A stretch of DNA of 64,000 bases from Spirochaetia bacterium (GTDB taxonomy: Bacteria; Spirochaetota; Spirochaetia; SZUA-6; Bin103). Position numbers and translations under genes: made by a program. Location of the stretch: positions 1,696,001 to 1,760,000 of the forward strand of contig OZ241863.1 of the NCBI GenBank assembly GCA_965203055.1. The letters are read 5' to 3'. Below the pieces are notes generated by a model. That model was not told the DNA's origin, did not search any database, and was given only the letters and a program-made list of their open reading frames with translations. This document shows positions 10,191 to 20,566 of the stretch, piece after piece; the stretch's first letter is position 1; each line of letters starts with the position of its first letter.

Positions 10191-11600
10191 ATGGCCACCA
10201 GCGATCGGAACGGGCGCCTGCTGTCCGACCGGCAGATGCAGGGATTCATACGCGACGGATACGTGACGGTGAGGACCGGGGTGCCCGATTGGATCCACAC
10301 CTCGATCTGCCGGCAGGCCGAGCGGTTGCTCGACGGCGAACCGAATCCCGGCAACAACCTGCTGCCGCGCATCCCGGACCTGGCGAAGATGCTCGCGGAC
10401 CCGGCGGTGCGCGGCGCCTTGACCAGTATTCTCGGTCCCGGCTACCTGCTCGACGATCACCGCTACTGCCACGACAATCAGCCGGGCAGCAAGGCGCAGG
10501 AGCTGCACCAGGATGGCGGCAGCCAGGGCGACCATCGCACGCGCAAGGTGCTGCTGCTCTACTACCCGCAGGATACGCCGGAGCGGATGGGTCCGACCGG
10601 GGTACTGCCCGGCAGCCAGTACTACGGGGAACGCCCGGCCGGGGTGGAGGTGCGGCCGCTGCCCGGCGCCGCGGGTACCGTCACCATCACCCACTACGAG
10701 TTGTGGCACGGCGCCACCGCCAACCGCGCGCCGGTGCCGCGCTACATGATGAAGTTCCTGCTGCACCGGATGCAGGAACCGCGGGCGCCGAGCTGGGACG
10801 CTGCCGGCGGCGACTGGGATACCGAGCGCTCGCTTTGGCAAGCCATGTGGCGCTGGCACCGGGGCGAGGCAGCGGCCGCTCCCCTGCCCGCCGCCGGTGG
10901 TGGCGGCGGCGGCGCTGATCTGACGGGGTTGGCCGAGCGCCATCCGCAACGCGGCATGGAGGCCGCGTATGCCGTTGCCGCGGCGGCGGGCGCCGGCGGC
11001 GACGGTGGCGCTGACCTCGCCGCCCAACTGTGCGCAGCGTTGGGCGCGGAATGCGCCGCTACTGCAACGCGCTCCGTGTACGCCCTGGCGGCGCTGGGCG
11101 CGGGCGCGGTGCCGGCGCTGACCGCGGCCCTGGAACAGGGCACTGTCCGGGTACGCGGCAGAGCCGCGCAAGCGCTGGCCGAGATGGGGGGCGGCGCCAC
11201 CGAGGCGGCCGTGCCGGCGCTGCGCCGGGCGCTGGAGGCCAGCGATGAGCAGGTCGGTACCTGGGCTGCCGCGGCGCTCGGCACCTGCTCCGGCGGCGAT
11301 GCGGGAGCGTCGATCGCAGCGCTGGAGGCGACCCTGGACGAGGCGCTGCCGAACCACCCCCACCGGCGCCAGATCGCGGCCCAGGCCATCGCCCGCCTGG
11401 CGCCGCGGGTGGACGACGCTGCCGCCGAGCGCCTGACCGGCCTGCTCGCCCCGCACCTGGAGAACGGCAACCGCTACGTGCGCGGACTGGCTGCGGCAGC
11501 GCTGCGCCGGCTGGGGAGGCCCGCCGCCACCGAGCTGGTGCTGGACTGGCTGGCGATGGCGCGCTGGTGCCCCCTCACCACTCCCGACCACCCCTTCTGA
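10191..11600 (+). CDS. Phytanoyl-CoA dioxygenase-like (PhyH) domain fused to HEAT-like repeats
   Basis: FIRDGYV, LHQDG, HYELWHGA (HxD...H); C-terminal AVPAL..AL / VR..AA.AL repeats; TAGAAT and GGAGG upstream of ATG 10191. Confidence 0.8.
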   Translation: MATSDRNGRLLSDRQMQGFIRDGYVTVRTGVPDWIHTSICRQAERLLDGEPNPGNNLLPRIPDLAKMLADPAVRGALTSILGPGYLLDDHRYCHDNQPGSKAQELHQDGGSQGDHRTRKVLLLYYPQDTPERMGPTGVLPGSQYYGERPAGVEVRPLPGAAGTVTITHYELWHGATANRAPVPRYMMKFLLHRMQEPRAPSWDAAGGDWDTERSLWQAMWRWHRGEAAAAPLPAAGGGGGGADLTGLAERHPQRGMEAAYAVAAAAGAGGDGGADLAAQLCAALGAECAATATRSVYALAALGAGAVPALTAALEQGTVRVRGRAAQALAEMGGGATEAAVPALRRALEASDEQVGTWAAAALGTCSGGDAGASIAALEATLDEALPNHPHRRQIAAQAIARLAPRVDDAAAERLTGLLAPHLENGNRYVRGLAAAALRRLGRPAATELVLDWLAMARWCPLTTPDHPF

Positions 11601-11688
11601 CCGCGCCGGTCGGGACTCCTCGGCCGGTTCGCCAGTTGGCTCGCGGCCGGCGACGGTTGCCGACCTCGTGCGCCGGTCCACGTACCAC

Positions 11689-12381
11689 ATGAGTGAGGAG
11701 ACGCGGCGCTCGGTAATCGGGCTCACCGGAGGCATCGGCAGCGGCAAGTCCGCGGTCGCGCGGCTGCTCGCGGAACGGGGCGCCGCGGTGGTGGACGCCG
11801 ACGCCGCCGCCCATCAGGTCTACCGCGCCGGCACCGCCGGCTGGAAGGAGATCGTGGCCGCGTTCGGGCGCGAGATTCTCGATGCCGCGGGCGCCATTTC
11901 CCGCCGCAAGCTCGGCGCCATCGTGTTCCACGACGCGGCCGCCCGCGACCGCTTGAACGCCATCGTCCACCCGCAGGTGCGCCGGTTGCTGAGCGAGCAG
12001 ATCGCGCGCCTGCAACGGCGGGGGGCGGCGGTGGTGGTGGTAGAGGTGCCGCTGCTGATCGAAGCGATCCGCAACGCGGCGGGTTGGCGGCGGATGCTCG
12101 ACGAGATCTGGGTAGTCACCGCCGCGGAAGCCGAAGTGATCGAACGGGTGCGGGCGCGCGGGCGCATGAGCGAAGCCACCATCCGCGCAGTGATCGCCGC
12201 CCAGCTCACCCCGGAACAGCGGCTCCCCTACGCCGACGTGGTGATCGATAACCGCGGCAGCATGGAGCAGCTTCGCAGCCGGGTGGCGCAGCTCTGGCGC
12301 GCCCGCTTCGAACCTCACCTGAAGCTGCCCCGCAACGAGAGACCCCACCGTAGACCGTTCAGTACGGCGCGTCGCCGGTAG
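11689..12381 (+). CDS. coaE: Dephospho-CoA kinase
   Basis: IGLTGGIGSGKS, VDAD, LNAIVHP, EVPLLIE, ADVVIDN. Confidence 0.93.
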   Translation: MSEETRRSVIGLTGGIGSGKSAVARLLAERGAAVVDADAAAHQVYRAGTAGWKEIVAAFGREILDAAGAISRRKLGAIVFHDAAARDRLNAIVHPQVRRLLSEQIARLQRRGAAVVVVEVPLLIEAIRNAAGWRRMLDEIWVVTAAEAEVIERVRARGRMSEATIRAVIAAQLTPEQRLPYADVVIDNRGSMEQLRSRVAQLWRARFEPHLKLPRNERPHRRPFSTARRR

Positions 12382-12453
12382 GGGCAGACGCACAAGCCGC
12401 GGCCTTGTCTTCTCTCGACATCCGCGGCGCAGCCGCGATACGCTCCGGTAATC

Positions 12454-13062
12454 ATGGCGACGCTCACGCAATCTCCGCAGTCATTCGCGGTCAGGCGCCG
12501 GCGATTCAGCCGGGAGGAGTACCACGCCATGGGCCGCGCCGGAATCCTCGCGCTGAAGGAACGCGTCGAGTTGCTGTCTGGAGAGATTATCGTCATGTCC
12601 CCCATCGGGCTTCGTCATGCCGCATGCGTCGACCGGCTTACCCACTGCTTCACGGCTGCGGGCCGGTTGGCCGGGCGCGCGTTGCTGCGCGTCCAGAGCC
12701 CGCTGATGGAATCGGAAGACTCCGAACCGCAGCCCGACCTCATGCTGCTGACCCATCGCGACGACCACTATGACTTTCGACATCCGCAGCCGCGGGACGT
12801 GCTCCTGCTGGTGGAGGTCGCCGATTCCTCCGCCGGCTACGACCACCGCACCAAGCTTCCGTTCTACGCCGCTGCCGGTATCCGCGAGTTGTGGATCGTC
12901 AACCTGCGTACGGATCAGATCGAGTGCTACACCGAGCCGGCCGCGGGCGGTTACCGTCAGTCGCGCCGCCACGCCGCGGGCGAAAGCGTGGCCCCGACGG
13001 AGCTTCCCGACTTGCGCATCCCCGTGGCGCAGATCATCCCTGCCCGACCCGGTTCAACTTGA
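12454..13062 (+). CDS. Uma2-family PD-(D/E)XK endonuclease
   Basis: RVELLSGEIIVMSPIG, EPQPDL, LLVEVADSS, YAAAGIRELWIVN. Confidence 0.9.
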   Translation: MATLTQSPQSFAVRRRRFSREEYHAMGRAGILALKERVELLSGEIIVMSPIGLRHAACVDRLTHCFTAAGRLAGRALLRVQSPLMESEDSEPQPDLMLLTHRDDHYDFRHPQPRDVLLLVEVADSSAGYDHRTKLPFYAAAGIRELWIVNLRTDQIECYTEPAAGGYRQSRRHAAGESVAPTELPDLRIPVAQIIPARPGST

Positions 13063-13116
13063 TCTGAGCCGTCGAACTCGCGCGCCGCATGGTACACTAC
13101 CGGCAGGAGGAACCCG

Positions 13117-13494
13117 ATGCCTTTCATAGCGTTGCGCGAGCTGCCGAAGATGGAGCTGTTTCCCGGCATACGGAGCGCCCTGGCCGCCGGTGAACAGCTC
13201 ATGCTCTCGGCGCTGGAGATGGAGCACGGCGGGGTGGTGCCGGAGCACAGCCACCCGCACGAGCAGGCCGGCCTGGTCCTGGAAGGCAGGCTGCGGCTGC
13301 GCATCGGCGGCGAGGAGCGCGAACTGGCGCCCGGCGATGCCTTCCTGATCCCCAGCCACGTGGCGCACTCCGGCGAGGTGACCGAGGGGCCGGCGCGCGT
13401 CCTCGACATCTTCAGCCCGGTGCGCGAGGACTACCGGAACCGCTACAACCGCTTTACCGGCACCGACAGCGATACCCGCTGGCACGACAAGTAA
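13117..13494 (+). CDS. Small cupin-domain protein
   Basis: PEHSHPHEQ...PGDAFLIPSHVAH; AGGAGG RBS. Confidence 0.88.
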   Translation: MPFIALRELPKMELFPGIRSALAAGEQLMLSALEMEHGGVVPEHSHPHEQAGLVLEGRLRLRIGGEERELAPGDAFLIPSHVAHSGEVTEGPARVLDIFSPVREDYRNRYNRFTGTDSDTRWHDK

Positions 13495-13505
13495 CCGGCA
13501 ACCGG

Positions 13506-14231
13506 TCACGGCACCAGTGGGATGAAATCGCCGCCGCTCATCGGTTCATGGTCCCCCAACCTTCCCCGCACTTCGATTGTCACCGGCGGCGGACTCAGGC
13601 GGACTACCTCTGCCTGGCAGTCATCAGGCCACCCATCTATGGCGGTAGCAAGATCGGGCACGAGATAGTGTGGTGACCATCCGATCTTGTGGCCGTCCAT
13701 GGTCTGGATCTGCACTGCCAAGCCGGTCTTTGGATTGTCTTGTTCCAGAATTACATGGAGCGGTTCCCGGTGGCGCAGGTCCTTGATGCGCTCCTGCACT
13801 GCCGCCTCCACGTGCCGCGATCCATGCAGAAAAAATCGACAGCGGAAGCATCCGTCGCCGTCCTTTTCGATCTTTGGAAAGACCTCGTAGGAATCCGTTT
13901 CCCGACGGCCTCCGTTCGTCGACAGAATTTCGATGGAGTCGGCTTCCTCCGGCAGATCTAGACTGCGCAAGTAGTCCTTAAAATCAGGCCGTTTACGGTT
14001 CATCACCCGGTTCTGAAAGAGAGGAAACAGTTCGGATGACCGATAATCTTTCTGCAAATCGGGAAACTCCAACAAAGGTGGAAATCTGACCTTCTGTTTC
14101 GCACGCTTCGCGCCGCCGATATAGCGAAAGCGATAGGAAGCATTGCCGACATCGGCATCCAGACGACCCACCGGAAACCATTGACGAGTCAAGTCGTCCT
14201 GCCATGCTAGAAACAACGTCCGTTCACTCAT
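13506..14231 (-). CDS. HipS/HipA-N-like plus HIRAN domain protein
   Basis: LFLAWQD..TRQWFPVGRL, LFPLFQNRVM..KRPD, FFLHG, EQDNPK..LAV, IGW.P; ATGA overlap with the upstream kinase; lower GC. Confidence 0.75.
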   Translation of the reverse strand: MSERTLFLAWQDDLTRQWFPVGRLDADVGNASYRFRYIGGAKRAKQKVRFPPLLEFPDLQKDYRSSELFPLFQNRVMNRKRPDFKDYLRSLDLPEEADSIEILSTNGGRRETDSYEVFPKIEKDGDGCFRCRFFLHGSRHVEAAVQERIKDLRHREPLHVILEQDNPKTGLAVQIQTMDGHKIGWSPHYLVPDLATAIDGWPDDCQAEVVRLSPPPVTIEVRGRLGDHEPMSGGDFIPLVP

Positions 14232-15139
14232 CGGTATAGCTCCTGTAATTGCGCGTGGCCATAGGTCATCATTTCGATGGCGAATCTCCTCTCGGAACAG
14301 GACATCCACTCGCCGGGTACGCGATCTACTGCTTCACGCACCGCAAACCGATCCAGATTCTCGATCTTCCGCAATGCCGGGAGGAACGACTCGCGGTAAG
14401 AGCTGAAGCCGAACCTTACCAGTTGTAGCGGGCTCGGCCCATGGTGATCTTCCGCCGACCGGAAGATCGCCCCTCGTCCCCGCTCAACGTACTCGCCGAT
14501 CCTGGATCCTTCCAGTAGCAGTTCACGTCGCTCGGGCCGAAGCTCCCGGCCTAACGAAGACGCATGATCGAACGAGGGCGCTACGGTATCGCGCCACTGC
14601 TTGCCGTACCGCTCCCGGAGTATGCCCCAGTTCTCATGATGACGATCAGTGTTGCCGATCAAGGCATCGAGGACCAGATATTCCGAGACGCGGATCTTCG
14701 CCTGCCGTGCATTCTCTGTATTCGCAAAGACGTAGTCCATTACTGCCCAAATATTCTCGATCGTGTGACTCGACTGATGAAACCTCATTCTATAATCGTA
14801 ATTGAAAACAACCTCTTGCAGGAGCTCATTGCCATGATTCAGGACCTGTTCTTTGCAAACGAATGACTCGCATGTCGATCCTCGTTGTCCGTCACAGGTC
14901 GCCAACTCGACCTTTGCATGCGGAATGTCGAGCAAGCGGGCGATCTCGGCGGCTATCTTCTCGGCCCAGTGCTCACCGGTATTCGGTCGCGGGAATTTGA
15001 AGAGCCACTTCGTCGTATCCTGTGACGATGGATCTTGATACCAGAACTTGCGCTTGGTCCCCATCGCCTCCGTACCAAGACGCCATCCGTACTCAACGTT
15101 GAGAACAGGATATGACGCAGGCTTGCGAGTGGCCGTCAT
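14228..15139 (-). CDS. HipA-like Ser/Thr kinase
   Basis: [54 protein letters not shown] 15139 overlaps the hsdR stop. Confidence 0.85.
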   Translation of the reverse strand: MTATRKPASYPVLNVEYGWRLGTEAMGTKRKFWYQDPSSQDTTKWLFKFPRPNTGEHWAEKIAAEIARLLDIPHAKVELATCDGQRGSTCESFVCKEQVLNHGNELLQEVVFNYDYRMRFHQSSHTIENIWAVMDYVFANTENARQAKIRVSEYLVLDALIGNTDRHHENWGILRERYGKQWRDTVAPSFDHASSLGRELRPERRELLLEGSRIGEYVERGRGAIFRSAEDHHGPSPLQLVRFGFSSYRESFLPALRKIENLDRFAVREAVDRVPGEWMSCSERRFAIEMMTYGHAQLQELYR

Positions 15140-17778
15140 GCGGCGTCGGTCCGGTAGTAGGGAGACGGCACGGTGGGATAGACGCGGAACACGTGCCGGA
15201 ACACGGCTTCGGAGCGGGCGTCGACTTCCGGGTCGGTGTAGTCGTCCGGGAGTCCGGTCCGGTCGCTCCACAGGAAGTCTTTGATGGTGACGCGCACCGC
15301 AGCGCGGGTGGCCTCCTTCTCCTGCCACCGGTCGACGCGGAGCTTTTCCGCCTTCAACGTCCGCAGCAAGCCGACGGCAACGTCCTTTATTCGCTTGATG
15401 TCACGTGCCTTCAGATCCGGCTTCTTCAACAGGTCGAAGACCGCCAACGATTCTTCGTCGAGCCCCTCGCGCACGGCGCGGCGCTCTTCTTCATCCAGTT
15501 CCTGCTCCAGCTTGAGCAAAGTCTCGAAGGTCCGCTCGATGGTCAGGCGGTCCTTTTCGCGGTTGTAGGCGGCAACGACGCCCTCATAGTGTTCCTGGAA
15601 GTCGGTACGGAGCGGGTTGCGCTCCAGCAGACGGCGCAGCCGGGTCTCCACCAGGTGCTTGAGTTCCTGAATCGCCGTGCGCTTGCCGCGGCCCCGGCGA
15701 AACTCCCGCCGCAGCAGGTCGAAGTCGATCCGGCTGACGTCGAACGGCTCGGGTGCCTCCGCGACGCGGTCGGAGCGCACCTCGATGGCGTCGTCCACCA
15801 CTTCGTGCAGCGAACGCATGATGCCGCTGACGTCGGCGCGTTCCCGATCCTGCTGCAGGCTGCGGTAGATGATGTCGATGGCGTCGCGGTCCGCGCGGCG
15901 GGCGGCGAGGCCCGGTACGGTGATGCACGCCCTGAACTTCTTGAACACTTCGCGGCACATCACCTCGAAGCGCTTGCGGGTCTCGTCACTCTCGTTCGCC
16001 GCTTCCTTGCAGGCGACGATGGCGGCATTGCGGGCGAAGCCTTCCGCGCGCAGCACGGCGTCGAGCGGCGCCCCGCCGCCGCGCAGGAAGCCGCGCACCA
16101 GCGCGATCGCCTCGTCCAGGTCGTCGAGCAGTTCCGCTTCGGGTCGAGCGGGGTCGAGGCGGCCGCCGCCGGCGCCAGCGCCGGGCAGCGTGCCGGCGAA
16201 GGTGGCCAGCGCGCTTCGCAAGTGCTTGAGGATGCCGCAGTAATCGACGATCAGGCCGTTGTTCTTGCCGTCGTTGACGCGGTTGGCGCGCGCGATCGCC
16301 TGCATCAGGGTGTGCGCCTTGAGCGGTTTGTCGAGATAGAGCGTGGCGAGGCTCGGCACGTCAAACCCGGTCAGCCACATGGCGCAGACGATGGCGACGC
16401 GGAACGGGTGCGTGGCGCCGTCCTCCACGGCGCGCTGAAAGTCGTAGGTGGATACGTAGTCGCCGAATACGCGCCGGGTAAGCTGGTCGTCGGTAAACAG
16501 CGGCGTACCGGTAAAGCCGAGGTAGCTCGCGTTGGGCAAGGCGCGGCGCAGGTTGAGCGCAAGGTTGCCGTACTGGGTGCGGTGCGCCTCGTCGGTGATG
16601 ACGATGAGATCGTCGCGCCGGGTGTAGCCGGCGCCCGGCGCGGCGTCCTGGTTGAACTTCTGGATGAGCGAGAAGACGTGCGACGTGCGCTCGGCCAGCA
16701 GCCGGCTCAGGTGCGCGCCGCTCGCCGCGCGGCAGGGTTCGCGGTCGTGGTCCACCACCCCGCAGCCGGCAAAGGTACGGTAGATCTGGCGGTCCAGATC
16801 GTCGCGGTCGGTGAGCACCAGGAAGGTGAAGTTGCCGCCCAGCTTGCGGCGCACCTTGCGGGTGAACATCACCATGGAGTAGCTCTTGCCGGCGCCCTGC
16901 GTGTGCCAGAACACCCCGAGGCGCCCCTGCCGCGACCGGCGCTCGCGCACCGCCTGCACGGCGCGGTTCACGCCCAGGAACTGGTGGTTGCGGGCGACGA
17001 TCTTGCGCAGCGCGCCGGACGAGTCATCGAACAGGATGAAGTTTTCCACCAGGTCGATGAAGTTGCGCCGGTCGCAGACGCCCTTCAGCAGCGTCTCCAT
17101 GGCGACCGCGCCCGGCTCCTCCTCGGCCAGCCGCTTCCACTCGTGGAAGTGTTCCCAGCGGCTGGTGATCGAACAGATCATCGCCTGCTCGCCGTTGGCG
17201 AACATCACCACCGCGTTGTGGTGAAACAGGTGGGGAACGGTGTCGCGGTAGTCCGAGTAGTTCGCCTCGAAGGCGGCCTTGAGGTCGCGGTGCATGTTCT
17301 TGCACTCGATGAACAGCAGCGGCAGGCCATTGACGAAGCCGATCAGGTCCGGGCGGCGCCGGTAGAGATAGTAGTAGACAAACTGCGGTTCCAGTGTCTC
17401 GGCAGGAGGTTCGATCTTCATACATCCGGTTCCACAGAGAAACCGTTCCGTATAGCCGTCGACGTATGCGCACTTGCCGATCTCGCCCCGTCTTGGGAAG
17501 ACGATCGATCCCGGCTTGAGATAGTGACGCGCCAGCTCGGTCGCTTTGTGCTCCGACACCCTCGCAACCGTGCTTTCGTCGATTCGTCCCGCCCGTATGT
17601 CCTTGGGCATGACAACCGGGACACCGTGCTCGGTGTAGTCGCGCTGATGAAGCTGCGAACCGAAGGGGCCGGTTTGTATCAGTCCGCCGTACTCATCGAT
17701 CAGATCGCCGAGAGCAACCATCTTGACGGCAGCCTCGGCCCTGAAATCATCGAGGTTCATGACCGGCGCCAGTGACAT
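15136..17778 (-). CDS. Chimeric type I RM protein: HsdS target-recognition domain fused in frame to an internally deleted HsdR (possibly non-functional)
   Basis: N-terminal [11 protein letters not shown]...GVPVV...FLCGTGC..FVYYYL (HsdS TRD) directly followed by [55 protein letters not shown] (HsdR). Confidence 0.8.
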   Translation of the reverse strand: MSLAPVMNLDDFRAEAAVKMVALGDLIDEYGGLIQTGPFGSQLHQRDYTEHGVPVVMPKDIRAGRIDESTVARVSEHKATELARHYLKPGSIVFPRRGEIGKCAYVDGYTERFLCGTGCMKIEPPAETLEPQFVYYYLYRRRPDLIGFVNGLPLLFIECKNMHRDLKAAFEANYSDYRDTVPHLFHHNAVVMFANGEQAMICSITSRWEHFHEWKRLAEEEPGAVAMETLLKGVCDRRNFIDLVENFILFDDSSGALRKIVARNHQFLGVNRAVQAVRERRSRQGRLGVFWHTQGAGKSYSMVMFTRKVRRKLGGNFTFLVLTDRDDLDRQIYRTFAGCGVVDHDREPCRAASGAHLSRLLAERTSHVFSLIQKFNQDAAPGAGYTRRDDLIVITDEAHRTQYGNLALNLRRALPNASYLGFTGTPLFTDDQLTRRVFGDYVSTYDFQRAVEDGATHPFRVAIVCAMWLTGFDVPSLATLYLDKPLKAHTLMQAIARANRVNDGKNNGLIVDYCGILKHLRSALATFAGTLPGAGAGGGRLDPARPEAELLDDLDEAIALVRGFLRGGGAPLDAVLRAEGFARNAAIVACKEAANESDETRKRFEVMCREVFKKFRACITVPGLAARRADRDAIDIIYRSLQQDRERADVSGIMRSLHEVVDDAIEVRSDRVAEAPEPFDVSRIDFDLLRREFRRGRGKRTAIQELKHLVETRLRRLLERNPLRTDFQEHYEGVVAAYNREKDRLTIERTFETLLKLEQELDEEERRAVREGLDEESLAVFDLLKKPDLKARDIKRIKDVAVGLLRTLKAEKLRVDRWQEKEATRAAVRVTIKDFLWSDRTGLPDDYTDPEVDARSEAVFRHVFRVYPTVPSPYYRTDAA

Positions 17779-17896
17779 CTCCTCGAAATTCCTCTGAACG
17801 GGAGCGATACCGGAGCGGGCCGGGGACAGACTCCCGCCGTTACCGTACCGCGCAGGAGAGTTCGACCGGGGTGGCGCGGCACTTACGCGAGCGCCG

Positions 17897-19102
17897 TCAC
17901 GACCGCGCGATCGACGCTACTCGTGCCAGAAATTGGTCGCCGGCGCCGGACTGCACCAGCCAGTCGCCGACGTCGGCCAGTTGATCCGCTTCCCCGATGT
18001 CCGCCATCAGAGCCGCCGCACGCTCGGCGGTTTCCGCGCCGAACCGCAACGCTGCCATACGGCGCAACAGCGTTCGTTCGTGTTCAAGTCCCTGCTCGCG
18101 GCCCTGCTCGCGGCCCTGCTCGCGGCCCTGCTCGCGGCCCTGCTCGCGGCCCTGCTCGCGGCCTTGTTCGCGGCCCTGCTCAAGACCTTCCTCGCGGCCC
18201 TGCTCGCGGCCTTGCGCAAGTCCTTGCTCAAGACCTTCTTCGCGGCCTTGCGCAAGTCCCTGCGCAAGGCCTTGCTCGCGGCCTTCCCGCATCCACTGCG
18301 CCGGCCACTCCTTCACTCGATCTTCCAGCGTCATCCGTACCTCCTCCAGGTTCTTCATCTCCGGCAGCTTCTCCCCCTTCCGCTTGATCCGCTCCATCGA
18401 ACTCCGCAGCCAGTCCTCGAACACCCGTCGCAACTCCTCGTGCTCCGACCCCGCCAGCCACTCCGCCAGCGCGTTCGCTACCCGCAACAAGTCCTCCGGC
18501 GACCGACTCTGCTCCAGCCCCACCACCGCACGCATCAGATTCCCGCGCGGCACCGAGTCCGCCCCCACCCGCTGCTCGTCCACTACAAAATATCGCTGCG
18601 CCGGTTGGTACGCCGCCAGCCACTGCCCCACCGGCGCGATCAACTCGCCCACCTCCTGCGGCGCCCCCCACGGGTCCGTGCCGTTGTAGAGCACTACCGG
18701 CAGCACCGCCGGCAAGCGGCGCGCTTCCTGCCCTTCTCGCCCGTCCTGTCCGTCCCGCCTCCTCCGACTCTCGTTGCGCAACCACTCCTGGTACATCAGG
18801 CTGACGTAGACCAGGATGCGCAGCGCCATGTAGTAGTCATCGCGCGACTGGAACTCCAGCAGCACCAGCAGATAGGCCCACTCGTCTCCCACCCGCAGCC
18901 GCCATACCGCGTCCCCGTGGCGCTTCAGCAACTCGTCGCTGACGTACTCCGCCGACAGCTTCTGCAGCGTCGAGAAGTCAACGGTAGCGAGCTGCTCGCC
19001 GCTGAAGAAGGCGCGCACGAGGTCTTCGACCATGCGCGGGAAGGCGAACAGCATCTTGTACCGCTCATCGTACCGGGGGCGGGACTCGCGTCCGGGGCTC
19101 AT
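17897..19102 (-). CDS. Rpn/YhgA-like (Transposase_31) PD-(D/E)XK nuclease, copy A
   Basis: [47 protein letters not shown]; 16 GxxQ/E repeats. Confidence 0.9.
   Translation of the reverse strand: MSPGRESRPRYDERYKMLFAFPRMVEDLVRAFFSGEQLATVDFSTLQKLSAEYVSDELLKRHGDAVWRLRVGDEWAYLLVLLEFQSRDDYYMALRILVYVSLMYQEWLRNESRRRRDGQDGREGQEARRLPAVLPVVLYNGTDPWGAPQEVGELIAPVGQWLAAYQPAQRYFVVDEQRVGADSVPRGNLMRAVVGLEQSRSPEDLLRVANALAEWLAGSEHEELRRVFEDWLRSSMERIKRKGEKLPEMKNLEEVRMTLEDRVKEWPAQWMREGREQGLAQGLAQGREEGLEQGLAQGREQGREEGLEQGREQGREQGREQGREQGREQGREQGREQGLEHERTLLRRMAALRFGAETAERAAALMADIGEADQLADVGDWLVQSGAGDQFLARVASIARS
18092..18283 (-). repeat. 12-bp coding VNTR ([16 protein letters not shown]) x16
   Basis: ccctgctcgcgg and variants in tandem; the same tract has x4 at 19504-19551 and x11 at 20762-20893. 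Confidence 0.92.
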
Positions 19103-19308
19103 TACCGCATCGTAGCAGTATGATCCGGCGAGCGGCAATCAAGAAGAGAAGACGCAGATGCTGGTTCTCATGACCGGCGCCAAGTGGCATCTCCTCGAAA
19201 TTCCTCTGAACGGGAGCGATACCGGAGCGGGCCGGGGACAGACTCCCGCCGTTACCGTACCGCGCAGGAGAGTTCGACCGGGGTGGCGCGGCACTTACGC
19301 GAGCGCCG

Positions 19309-20361
19309 TCACGACCGCGCGATCGACGCTACTCGTGCCAGAAATTGGTCGCCGGCGCCGGACTGCACCAGCCAGTCGCCGACGTCGGCCAGTTGATCCG
19401 CTTCCCCGATGTCCGCCATCAGAGCCGCCGCACGCTCGGCGGTTTCCGCGCCGAACCGCAACGCTGCCATACGGCGCAACAGCGTTCGTTCGTGTTCAAG
19501 TCCCTGCTCGCGGCCTTGCGCAAGTCCCTGCGCAAGGCCTTGCTCGCGGCCTTCCCGCATCCACTGCGCCGGCCACTCCTTCACTCGATCTTCCAGAGTC
19601 ATCCGTACCTCCTCCAGGTTCTTCATCTCCGGCAGCTTCTCCCCCTTCCGCTTGATCCGCTCCATCGAACTCCGCAGCCAGTCCTCGAACACCCGTCGCA
19701 ACTCCTCGTGCTCCGATCCCGCCAGCCACTCCGCCAGCGCGTTCGCTACCCGCAACAAGTCCTCCGGCGACCGACTCTGCTCCAGCCCCACCACCGCACG
19801 CATCAGATTCCCGCGCGGCACCGAGTCCGCCCCCACCCGCTGCTCGTCCACTACAAAATATCGCTGCGCCGGCTGGTACGCCGCCAGCCACTGCCCCACC
19901 GGCGCGATCAACTCGCCCACCTCCTGCGGCGCCCCCCACGGGTCCGTGCCGTTGTAGAGCACTACCGGCAGCACCGCCGGCAAGCGGCGCGCCTCCTGCC
20001 CGTCCTGTCCGTCCCGCCTCTTCCGACTCTCGTTGCGCAACCACTCCTGGTACATCAGGCTGACGTAGACCAGGATGCGCAGCGCCATGTAGTAGTCATC
20101 GCGCGACTGGAACTCCAGCAGCACCAGCAGATAGGCCCACTCGTCTCCCACCCGCAGCCGCCATACCGCGTCCCCGTGGCGCTTCAGCAACTCGTCGCTG
20201 ACGTACTCCGCCGACAGCTTCTGCAGCGTCGAGAAGTCAACGGTAGCGAGCTGCTCGCCGCTGAAGAAGGCGCGCACGAGGTCTTCGACCATGCGCGGGA
20301 AGGCGAACAGCATCTTGTACCGCTCGTCGTACCGGGGGCGGGACTCGCGTCCGGGGCTCAT
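19309..20361 (-). CDS. Rpn/YhgA-like nuclease, copy B
   Basis: Near-identical to copy A; 4 GxxQ repeats; lacks the 3-aa REG insertion. Confidence 0.9.
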   Translation of the reverse strand: MSPGRESRPRYDERYKMLFAFPRMVEDLVRAFFSGEQLATVDFSTLQKLSAEYVSDELLKRHGDAVWRLRVGDEWAYLLVLLEFQSRDDYYMALRILVYVSLMYQEWLRNESRKRRDGQDGQEARRLPAVLPVVLYNGTDPWGAPQEVGELIAPVGQWLAAYQPAQRYFVVDEQRVGADSVPRGNLMRAVVGLEQSRSPEDLLRVANALAEWLAGSEHEELRRVFEDWLRSSMERIKRKGEKLPEMKNLEEVRMTLEDRVKEWPAQWMREGREQGLAQGLAQGREQGLEHERTLLRRMAALRFGAETAERAAALMADIGEADQLADVGDWLVQSGAGDQFLARVASIARS

Positions 20362-20566
20362 TACCGCATCGTAGCAGTATGATCCGGCGAGCGGCAATCA
20401 AGAAGAGAAGACGCAGATGCTGGTTCTCATGACCGGCGCCAAGTGGCATCTCCTCGAAATTCCTCTGAACGGGAGCGATACCGGAGGGGACGAGGTCAGG
20501 CTCCCGCCGTTACCGTACCGCGCAGGAGAGTTCGACCGGGGTGGCGCGGCAGGTACGCGAGCGCCG

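Noticed and set aside
18092..18283. 12-bp tandem repeats as a CRISPR array
   Set aside because: No spacers, the repeats are in-frame coding units of rpn, and no cas genes are present in the window.
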